Positions 6,784 to 13,930 are shown, numbered from the stretch's first letter. The stretch is 13,986 bases of DNA from an uncultured bacterium (GCA_964510165.1 CAZEBC010000101.1:1-13986); one strand, 5' to 3'. Made by a program: numbers and translations. Notes: generated from the letters alone by a model not told the origin.

Positions 6784-7671
6784 TTGCATTCCTGCAGAGA
6801 CCTCAGATCAAGAGTCGAGAAAATACGGAGCCTGCCGACCCTGCCAAAGGTGGGAATGAAGATTCTGGAATTGGCTTCCGACCCGGATGTCTCGATGAGC
6901 GAGTTGAGCCAGGCCATCCATCAGGACCCGTCTCTGGCCGCGCGGGTGTTGAGGATCGCAAATTCTCCGTTCTACGGCATGGTCCGACAGGTGGATTCGC
7001 TCAAGTTGGCGCTGGTTATCCTGGGACTCAACGAAGTCCGCAACATCGCGCTCGGCATCTCGCTGTTCAATGTGGTAAAGGGCATGAACGCTCATGTGAC
7101 GTATGACCGCAAGAAGTTCTGGTATCACAGCGCCGGCTGTGGCATCGCCGCGCGGATACTCGCCCAAAAGCTGGAATTTCGCAATGAGGGAACGGACTTC
7201 GTCTCCGGCCTGCTCCATGACATAGGCAAGATAATCATAGACGAATACTTCTGCCCCGAGTTCGTTCTGATCTTCAACAAGACCGTGACTCACAAGACAA
7301 CCATGCTCCAGGCCGAACGCGAATTTCTGGGCGCCTCGCATCAGGAAGTGGGAAGCTGGCTGGCGGAAAAATGGCGTCTCCCCGAGACACTCTGTGACGC
7401 CATCCTCTATCATCATGACCTTCCCGAGAACGAGCGCCCCGCAAGAAAAGACCCGAAGCTCGCTGCATTATGTCATCTGGCCGAGGCCTTCTGCGAGAGT
7501 CATGAGGTGGGCTGGGACGGCGACGCCGGCCATAACGACCTCCGGGATCGACACGCATGGGAGGCGCTCCTGTCAGGACAGGATAATTACGCGACCGCGG
7601 ATATTGACGGCATCCTGGAAGAAATCGTCGCAGAATATTCCGACGCCCGCTCCAGCATCCTGTGGCTGTGA
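6784..7671 (+). CDS. Stand-alone HDOD-domain protein, 295 aa
   Basis: LPTLP, DPSLAARVLRIANSPFYG, ALVILG, FWYHS, GLLHDIGK, AE..FLG.SH.EVG.WLAEKW.LP...AI.YHH. Start reassigned to TTG 6784 after AAGGAGG (6772-6778). Confidence 0.92.
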   Translation: MHSCRDLRSRVEKIRSLPTLPKVGMKILELASDPDVSMSELSQAIHQDPSLAARVLRIANSPFYGMVRQVDSLKLALVILGLNEVRNIALGISLFNVVKGMNAHVTYDRKKFWYHSAGCGIAARILAQKLEFRNEGTDFVSGLLHDIGKIIIDEYFCPEFVLIFNKTVTHKTTMLQAEREFLGASHQEVGSWLAEKWRLPETLCDAILYHHDLPENERPARKDPKLAALCHLAEAFCESHEVGWDGDAGHNDLRDRHAWEALLSGQDNYATADIDGILEEIVAEYSDARSSILWL

Positions 7672-7701
7672 AATACAACACAGCAAGAGCCGCAACCAAA
7701 G

Positions 7702-7820
7702 ACCCTATCCCTGCCCTCCTGTGGAAAGGGATTAGGGTGTAGCGCAGGCTTCCAGCCTGCAACCCCGTTGCCCTCTCCCGGTAGGAGAGGGTTGGGGTGA
7801 GGGTGTCCCCAAATAACCGA
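7702..7820. repeat. Composite repeat cluster: degenerate boxC-like hairpin (7702-7738), GTAG-REP GTAGC-GCAGGCT-tcc-AGCCTGC (7739-7760), boxC-like unit (7771-7803), half of the GGGGACACC palindrome (7802-7820)
   Basis: Each unit read directly from the sequence; the last is identical to 454-472. Confidence 0.8.
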
Positions 7821-7857
7821 TCCCTTCCCGTCACATTCGCCGTCTGCTCGACTATTG

Positions 7858-7866
7858 TGATATAGT
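7858..7866 (+). promoter_or_regulatory. Extended -10 element TGaTATAGT upstream of the beta-propeller gene
   Basis: TG 7858-7859, TATAGT 7861-7866; no clear -35; GAGGAGG RBS near 7902-7908. Confidence 0.5.
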
Positions 7867-7916
7867 ACCCGCCGACAAATGGCGTTTCTTGATAATTGCG
7901 ATGAGGAGGCGGGACT

Positions 7917-8888
7917 ATGAGAAAAAGGGCATTGGCAGCACTGGCGATTTGTCTCATCGTGGCAACTGCGGCAACTGCGGCGCAGAGGACTGTGGACGTG
8001 TCGGGGCGGGCATTGAACTCGCAACCTTTGCTTGGGCCCGAGGGCATCCTCATCGCGGCGGCCGGCGACGTCTACGCGGGCACGCATGACGGAAAGATAG
8101 TGAGCATTGCGGCGGACGGCTCAGTCGTGGAATTCGCCGACCTGAACACCCTGCCGGGTAAGCGCGAGAAAGATATCAGCGCGATCGGCATTGCGATGGA
8201 CGGAGCCGGCGACATCTACGCCGCCACCCTCGATTTCAACGGCGGAGCGGTGCTGAAAGTGGTCGGCCCGGGCAAGCCGAATGCGGGCGAGGTCTCGATG
8301 TATCGGCACGGCATCGGCATGGCAAACTTCGTCCTGATCGACGATGAGACCTCCACGATGTATGTCTCCAATTCCAGTATGTTCTCCGGCGGCGTGTTCA
8401 GGTTCGACATGACCGACACCTCGCTCGTCGGGGCGGCTGTCGTCCCCGAGAAGGAGTTGCTCGCCGGGTTTGCCTACGCCAATGGACTCGCGCTCGGGCC
8501 GGACAAGCAGTTCCTCTATGTCGCCGAAACCACCAAAGGGCGAGTCTCGAAGCTGAACCTGGAGACCAAAGAGAGCACCGTGTTCGCCGAAGTAGGCGGC
8601 TGGGCCGACGGCATTGCATTCAACGCCGACAAGTCCCTGCTCTTTGTGTGCGATAACAAGGGCGGTCGCATCGTCGCGGTGGACTTTTCGGGCAAAACCG
8701 TCGGAGAGGCGCGACTCATCGGCAAGGAAGGCCAGTGCGCGCCCGCCTCGCTCGCGTTCCGTGATTCGGATACCATCGCCTTCACCGACCTCTGGCGGGC
8801 AAGCCTGTGGCGCGCGCTCATTGGCAGGCCGCAGTATCACTCATACGTGTACGAGATTTCGGTCTCCGAACTCGGCATCGAGCGCTAA
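7917..8888 (+). CDS. Secreted SMP-30/gluconolactonase/strictosidine-synthase-like six-bladed beta-propeller, 323 aa
   Basis: Signal peptide MRKRALAALAICLIVATAATA; blade motifs GPEGI, AIGIAMD, ANFV, FAYANGLALGPDKQFLYVAET, WADGIAF. Confidence 0.85.
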   Translation: MRKRALAALAICLIVATAATAAQRTVDVSGRALNSQPLLGPEGILIAAAGDVYAGTHDGKIVSIAADGSVVEFADLNTLPGKREKDISAIGIAMDGAGDIYAATLDFNGGAVLKVVGPGKPNAGEVSMYRHGIGMANFVLIDDETSTMYVSNSSMFSGGVFRFDMTDTSLVGAAVVPEKELLAGFAYANGLALGPDKQFLYVAETTKGRVSKLNLETKESTVFAEVGGWADGIAFNADKSLLFVCDNKGGRIVAVDFSGKTVGEARLIGKEGQCAPASLAFRDSDTIAFTDLWRASLWRALIGRPQYHSYVYEISVSELGIER

Positions 8889-8912
8889 ACGAGACACCGA
8901 TAGCCGAGGCCG

Positions 8913-9233
8913 CTACTCCCACGGAACCTCGATTTCCAAGAGCGGCGCGTGCTGCTGAGCGCCGAATACATCGCTGTCGCCCGCCGTGCCCGAGCTTGTC
9001 TTACGCGCGATGGTGCACTTGACCGCATGGGCCGCGTCGAAGAAGCAGAAGTTCAGCACCTTCTCGACCGGTATGCGGTACAGTTCGGCGAAAAGTTCGC
9101 GCGAAAACACCCCGCTTCGTTTAGCGCGCTCATAGCGGTCGGCATCCTTGAAGATGATATCGAACGTGAGTTCGAACGGGCCCGCGTTCTTGCTGCGGAT
9201 CACGCGCGCGAGTTCTGTTATCTTTTTCTTCAT
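8913..9233 (-). CDS. DUF4387 family protein, 106 aa
   Basis: MKKKITELARVIRSKNAGPFELTFDIIF...DVFGAQQHAPLL, the DUF4387 signature. ATG 9233 lies 2 nt after the AtuA-family stop. Confidence 0.88.
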   Translation of the reverse strand: MKKKITELARVIRSKNAGPFELTFDIIFKDADRYERAKRSGVFSRELFAELYRIPVEKVLNFCFFDAAHAVKCTIARKTSSGTAGDSDVFGAQQHAPLLEIEVPWE

Positions 9234-9235
9234 GG

Positions 9236-10603
9236 TCAGACCTCGAAGACCTCCATCGGAAACAGGCGGCAAGGGTCGTCTTCCTCCACCAGGTGATAAA
9301 TGTTGAACTCGTACACCGGCCCCGCCGGGATATCGAGCGGCGAGAACGGAAACGCCAGATTGCCCGCCGTCGAGATGCGCCCAGGAAATCCGTAGTGAAG
9401 CAGGATCGTATGGGCATATGCACACACGCCGGTCGCCAGAGATTGGCTCGGCGCCAGGGCCTCGATGACAATTCCCACCTCATGCGCGCTCGTCTTCGCC
9501 GGCTCAAGCTCGCCCATCACGCCGTCGCGACCGTACACGTGGAAAATCAGCCTGCAGCGGTCCCAGTCCTCGCCGAATTTCTCGCTCGTGCGCAAGCGCG
9601 CCTCGCGGATAAGCTCGTCAATGTGCTGAATGGTCCCAGGATCGCGTACGCCCGCAACGCAAACGGTCCGATACCCGACACGCTTCGAGCCTTCGAGCTT
9701 GATCGTATACTTCGGATCGGGCACGAAACGGCTGCCGCAAACCTTGACTGTGCGCGGACCGTGCTGCTCGAATGTGACCGAGGACATGTCCACAAGGCCG
9801 CCCGGCCCGTAAAGCCGCAGCGGGTCGGATTTCTCATACAGGCTGTGCGCCGCCACTGACGTGGTGGTACATCTCCGCTCGGGGTTCAGCGGCTCCACCA
9901 GGAAGCAGTCCCGGCGCAGAGTGCCCATCATCGCGTCACTTCCGCTGCCCGGCTCCGCCGCGATCGCGGCGCACTCGAGGATTTTCGCCATGTGGAGGGC
10001 AAGCCCTTTATCGTAGCCCTCGATGTACGGCAGCGCCGCGAACATGCTCGGGTCGTTTGAGCGGCCCGCCACGATGAGCTGAGCGCCCGCCTCGAGCGCC
10101 TTCACAAATGGCTCGACTCCCATCTGGCCCACGATGCGCACGCTGGCGTCAACCTCCGCTTCTGTCAACCCGGGAACCGGCCCCAGCGGCGACACCTTCC
10201 CTTCGCGCAGCTTTCGTTTGACGTATTCTTTCTCAATCTCCGCGTGAATGACCGCCATCCGGAAATGCAGCCCGAATTGCTCGACCAAATTCCGGATGAT
10301 CATCACGGTCGCCTGGAGATGCAGTTCCGCCCCCGCAAAGCCGGCCGAGCCGATGATGAGCGGGATACGCCCATCGGCCGCCGCCTGGAGCAGCGGGCCC
10401 ACATCGCGCGAGAGCATCTCGATGAATCCCGATGACTCGCCTCCGCCGCCCGGCTCAATCCCGAGGTAGTAAGGCCCGCCGTCTGTCGAGCCGCCGTCTA
10501 CGGCGATGACGTGCGGCTTGCGCCTCATGCCCTCCTCGAGCGAGGCCTGTGGATAGCCATAGCCGAGGATCGCGGTCGGTGAAAGCACCCTGATTTCTTC
10601 CAT
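9236..10603 (-). CDS. Acyclic terpene utilization AtuA-family (DUF1446) protein, 455 aa
   Basis: SPTAILGYG, DGGSTDGGPYYLG, GQMGVEP, AGRSND, HMAKILECAA, SVAAHSLYE, GVRDP, PGRISTAGNLAFPFSP; GAGGG RBS. Confidence 0.88.
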   Translation of the reverse strand: MEEIRVLSPTAILGYGYPQASLEEGMRRKPHVIAVDGGSTDGGPYYLGIEPGGGGESSGFIEMLSRDVGPLLQAAADGRIPLIIGSAGFAGAELHLQATVMIIRNLVEQFGLHFRMAVIHAEIEKEYVKRKLREGKVSPLGPVPGLTEAEVDASVRIVGQMGVEPFVKALEAGAQLIVAGRSNDPSMFAALPYIEGYDKGLALHMAKILECAAIAAEPGSGSDAMMGTLRRDCFLVEPLNPERRCTTTSVAAHSLYEKSDPLRLYGPGGLVDMSSVTFEQHGPRTVKVCGSRFVPDPKYTIKLEGSKRVGYRTVCVAGVRDPGTIQHIDELIREARLRTSEKFGEDWDRCRLIFHVYGRDGVMGELEPAKTSAHEVGIVIEALAPSQSLATGVCAYAHTILLHYGFPGRISTAGNLAFPFSPLDIPAGPVYEFNIYHLVEEDDPCRLFPMEVFEV

Positions 10604-10639
10604 GATGTCCCTCGTTGGTTTCGACGGTTGACACCCTAG

Positions 10640-10648
10640 ATTCTATCA
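10640..10648 (-). promoter_or_regulatory. Extended -10 element TGaTAGAAT for the AtuA-family operon
   Basis: Reverse complement of ATTCTATCA, about 37 nt upstream of the ATG; no clear -35. Confidence 0.45.
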
Positions 10649-10683
10649 TATCGGCGCATGATCGTTGAGCTCTCCCGCGCTCT

Positions 10684-10718
10684 GGGCTGCCCCTATGTGG
10701 GCGCCGCGTATCGCGCCC
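10684..10718. repeat. Degenerate GTAG-type REP remnants (minus strand ATAGGGGCAGCCC; hairpin GGGCGC-N8-GCGCCC)
   Basis: Resembles GTAGGGGCGGCCC at 13763-13775 and the GGGCGC..GCGCCC stem at 13935-13954. Confidence 0.5.
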
Positions 10719-10761
10719 TTTCAGCGATGCCCCGTAATGTTGCCCAACCTCAAAAAACCGC

Positions 10762-10790
10762 TTGACAGTTGAATCATACTGTGGTATGCT
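10762..10790 (+). promoter_or_regulatory. Sigma70 promoter TTGACA-17-TATGCT (TGg extended -10)
   Basis: TTGACA 10762-10767, TATGCT 10785-10790. Its position rules out the ORF-track start at 10769. Confidence 0.8.
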
Positions 10791-10864
10791 TTGGTTCGTT
10801 GTTGGGGGGAGCGTACTCTTTCTCTCTCATTCCAAATCACCCCGTTGGACAAAAAGTGAACGGC

Positions 10865-11491
10865 ATGCTCAAGAGAATGCTTATTCTCGGGGGTTTTGGA
10901 ATCGCGTTCGCGGCTCTCCTGATCGGTGCGCGGGCACTTCTGGCAATTCGTGAACCCGCCGCGCCCTCTCCACAGCCCTCGGAGAAACCCGCCAAACAAA
11001 CCAGTATGCTGACCGATGTTCTTCCCCCAGCCCCACCGTCAGCTCCCGAAGACACCTCTCCCACTGCGGCGGCCAATCCTACAGAGACGCCGTCCCCGAT
11101 GGATGTGTTTCTGTCGGGCAAGGACGCCGCAAGTGAAGAGATAGACTGGCGCCAGGTGGAGCGCTCGCTTCGGGAACACGTGGAGCGTAACCATCACAAT
11201 CTCAAGCTTTCCGATGCCGACTACGAAAGACTCACCAAATCCGTAAGGACATTCCGCGACGCCAATCTCAAGATGCGTTCGCTCGAGCGTACAAGCGAAA
11301 ACGCCGCCGAATTTCGAAAGCTGCTCAATGACATACAGGAATCCACGAAGGAATTCCAGCAGATAACCGGCATGTCGCAGGGCGAGTTCCTCCGCTCCGA
11401 GGAGGACCCGCCTGTCAGATTCGGAAACGATCCGGGAGCGGTGGACAATGAAGAGATTGTGGTGGACTATCTTTCCGATCATAAGCCTTAG
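10865..11491 (+). CDS. Hypothetical protein: N-terminal membrane anchor, Pro/Ala/Ser/Thr linker, helical charged domain, about 208 aa
   Basis: MLKRMLILGGFGIAFAALLIGARALLAI hydrophobic segment; EPAAPSPQPSEKP...PPAPPSAPEDTSP linker; amphipathic helices (LSDADYERLTKSVRTFRDANLKMRSL). Confidence 0.75.
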   Translation: MLKRMLILGGFGIAFAALLIGARALLAIREPAAPSPQPSEKPAKQTSMLTDVLPPAPPSAPEDTSPTAAANPTETPSPMDVFLSGKDAASEEIDWRQVERSLREHVERNHHNLKLSDADYERLTKSVRTFRDANLKMRSLERTSENAAEFRKLLNDIQESTKEFQQITGMSQGEFLRSEEDPPVRFGNDPGAVDNEEIVVDYLSDHKP

Positions 11492-12485
11492 CGTGGCGTC
11501 TTCACTTCCAAATTTCATGGGAACCGCATTCGCCGAACCCATCGCCACGCTCAACGGCCAGCCAATCGAGCGGGAAGAGGTCGAAAAACGAGACCCCAAC
11601 CGCCTCTACCGGCTCAGGTGGGAGATTTACGACACGCTCAAGACCGAAGCCGAAAAACTGGCCGATGACCGCCTTCTGGCCGAAGAGGCCAAGCGCCGGG
11701 ACATGACCGTGGAGGAACTGCTCAAGGCCGAAGTGGACGCAAAGGCGAAGCCTCCCACCGACGAAGAGATCAAGGCTTACGTGGAAGAGCACAAGATCCC
11801 CGCCGAAACAGGCGATGAAATGTATGGCAGGGTCACTGCCTATCTCACCGACAGAACTTATATACAACGGCGGCTCGATTTCCTCGAGGAACTCCGCAAG
11901 AAGGCAGATTTCCAATTCCTCCTCGAACCGCCCGAGCGACCCCGCGCGCAGATAAGCATGGATAACGACCCCGTCCGCGGAAATCCGGAAGCCCCGGTGA
12001 CCATCATCCACTTCGCCAGCTTCTCATGCGATATGTGCGCCGAGAGCGCACACAGGATCGAGCGACTCATGAACAAGTACCCCGGCAAAATCCGATGGGT
12101 TCACCGCGATTTCATAAACATATTCGATGAGCGCGGACTGCGGGCCGCCGAGGCCGGCGAGACGGCCCACGCTTCCGGCAAGTTCTGGGAATTCCACGAC
12201 TACATCTACTCGCTCGGCGGCGAGTTCGAACAGGACAAGCTGGGCGTTATTCTTGAGAAGGTCGGCGTCGAGCCTTCACAGTACGAGCAGGCGCATAAAG
12301 ACGCCACCTTCATCAACGAAATCCGAAACGATATCCAGGACGGCGCGAAGGCGGGCGTCACCAGCGTCCCCGTCTTGTTTGTGAACGGCCGCTATTTCAG
12401 CGGCACGTTTCCATACGAGCAACTCGAGGCAATGATCGAGGAAGAACTGCGGGCGGCCGGAATCGAGACCAAGGAGGGGATATAG
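11448..12485 (+). CDS. Exported DsbA-family thioredoxin-fold oxidoreductase with N-terminal SurA/PrsA-N-like helical domain, 345 aa
   Basis: Signal peptide ending AFA-EP; IATLNGQPI...LLAEEAKRR...PTDEEIKAY (SurA-N-like); DPVRGNPEAPVTII, CDMC, GKFWEFHD, GVTSVPVLFVNG (cis-Pro loop). Confidence 0.9.
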   Translation: MKRLWWTIFPIISLSVASSLPNFMGTAFAEPIATLNGQPIEREEVEKRDPNRLYRLRWEIYDTLKTEAEKLADDRLLAEEAKRRDMTVEELLKAEVDAKAKPPTDEEIKAYVEEHKIPAETGDEMYGRVTAYLTDRTYIQRRLDFLEELRKKADFQFLLEPPERPRAQISMDNDPVRGNPEAPVTIIHFASFSCDMCAESAHRIERLMNKYPGKIRWVHRDFINIFDERGLRAAEAGETAHASGKFWEFHDYIYSLGGEFEQDKLGVILEKVGVEPSQYEQAHKDATFINEIRNDIQDGAKAGVTSVPVLFVNGRYFSGTFPYEQLEAMIEEELRAAGIETKEGI

Positions 12486-12502
12486 CGTTCGTCCCGTAGT
12501 TT

Positions 12503-12525
12503 GTATGTGCGAATTCATTCGCACA
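12503..12525. repeat. REP-like palindrome GTA-TGTGCGAAT-tc-ATTCGCACA
   Basis: Perfect 9-bp arms (12506-12514 / 12517-12525); same core as 13931-13954. Confidence 0.7.
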
Positions 12526-12683
12526 AGGGCCGCAGGTACGCTTTTCCCGGTCCCGAGCTTCCCGCAGGTATTCCTCGCCAATGAAGAAAGGAGGGAATCC
12601 TATCGAGCAAAACCTGAGCTTTACATCGTTTGTTCCTTCGTGAACGTCACCCGTCTTTGGAACAACGAAAGGAGGCCTACCGT

Positions 12684-13604
12684 ATGTCAATCCGCGAATT
12701 CCGCCGGTCGGGCGCGGGCATGGCCATCTTCTTCGCCCTCTCTCTGGCAATAGTCTTCAGCCTCACGGCCAGCGCCTACGCCAAAGACCCGCAGCTTGTG
12801 CCGCGACGCCTCAGTTCCACCGGCGACAGCATCAGCGCGGGTATCGACGTCGAGTACTACGGCCAGAACGCCAATGCGAGCTGGGTGAACGGCTACTACG
12901 GCTTCTGGGAATGGCTGTTCGGCTTGACGAACGTAAAAAGCCATAACCAGAGGATCACCGCAAACTGGGGAAGCTCGGGTCGCGCCAACTATATGGACGC
13001 TGTCAGCGGGGCGGACAGCTTCGACCTCCCGCTCCAGACCTCCCAGGCGGTGAGCCAGAACGCCTATTACGTGACCATGTTCATGGGGCACAATGATGTG
13101 TGCCAGAACCATCCGTGGGAGATACCCTCGGACGCCGTATTCGAGGCCAATGTCCGCCAGGGGTTGACCAACCTGAAGAACGGGCTCCCGAACGGCGCGA
13201 CCATCTACGTTCTGGCCATCGTGGATATCCGCAGGCTCTATGATATCGGCCAAAACAAAAAGGCTCTCGGCATCGTGGACTGTGAAGTGCTCTGGGCGAC
13301 CTCGCTGCTCGGATGGTTCCCCTGCGGCACCATGCTCAATCCGCTCAACACCGAGGCCGACCGCCAGTACACGCGCAGCCGCAACATCGCGTTCAACAAC
13401 ATCCTTCAGAGCCTGACTGCCGAGTTCAACGCCAACGACCCGCATCACTACTATTACTGGACAAACCTGCCGTTCGTGTATCCGTTCGTCGAGGGCGACA
13501 TCTCCAGCCTCGACTGCTTCCATCCGTCAGGACAGGGGCAGAAAACGCTCTCGCGCGAATCCTGGAACGCAGGCCCGTTCAGCGCCTACCAGAAAGGCAA
13601 CTGA
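12684..13604 (+). CDS. Secreted GDSL/SGNH hydrolase (lipase/esterase), 306 aa
   Basis: Block I TGDSIS, block II AVSGA, block III MGHNDVC, block V DCFHPS; signal peptide ending AYA-KD; AAGGAGG RBS at 12669-12675. Confidence 0.92.
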   Translation: MSIREFRRSGAGMAIFFALSLAIVFSLTASAYAKDPQLVPRRLSSTGDSISAGIDVEYYGQNANASWVNGYYGFWEWLFGLTNVKSHNQRITANWGSSGRANYMDAVSGADSFDLPLQTSQAVSQNAYYVTMFMGHNDVCQNHPWEIPSDAVFEANVRQGLTNLKNGLPNGATIYVLAIVDIRRLYDIGQNKKALGIVDCEVLWATSLLGWFPCGTMLNPLNTEADRQYTRSRNIAFNNILQSLTAEFNANDPHHYYYWTNLPFVYPFVEGDISSLDCFHPSGQGQKTLSRESWNAGPFSAYQKGN

Positions 13605-13637
13605 ACGACCGCGCGCTCACAGCAAGTGTTTTGTTCG

Positions 13638-13667
13638 GGGAGGCGCCGGTGCTCGCCGGCGCCTCCC
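13638..13667. other. Strong GC hairpin after the GDSL gene (GGGAGGCGCCGGT-gctc-GCCGGCGCCTCCC); 3'-end stabiliser, U-less terminator or REP
   Basis: 13-bp stem with one G-T pair; no U-tract follows on either strand. Confidence 0.6.
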
Positions 13668-13760
13668 AATCCCTCCTCCCATGCCCGTCCGCGCTCGTCC
13701 GTCCCGTTCACCTCGTCCTTATTCCCCTTATTGGAACCGTTCCGTGATCTCGGTTATCGG

Positions 13761-13780
13761 TTGTAGGGGCGGCCCTACAA
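13761..13780. repeat. Collapsed inverted GTAG-REP doublet TTGTAGGG-gcgg-CCCTACAA
   Basis: GTAG...CTAC ends, 8-bp arms; enclosed by an outer CCGTGAT/ATCACGG stem (13742-13748 / 13780-13786). Confidence 0.65.
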
Positions 13781-13930
13781 TCACGGGACAGTCTCCCTTC
13801 CCTGTCTTCCCTCCTCCCCTGTTAACCCTAATGATTTTAATCATTTCTGTCATTCGAAATTCTTGTTAACAAAAACTTCGTTGACCAATCCATTCCCCCT
13901 ATGCTTCAATAGCCCCATGGTCAGCCAATC

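Noticed and set aside
2200..8905. 11-nt match CACCGATAGCC at 2200-2210 and 8895-8905
   Set aside because: Matches of this length are expected by chance in a 14-kb window.
10628..10633. Plus-strand TTGACA
   Set aside because: No -10 hexamer at 16-18 nt spacing.
13638..13667. Classical intrinsic terminator
   Set aside because: Strong stem but no U-tract on either strand; kept only as an unclassified hairpin.
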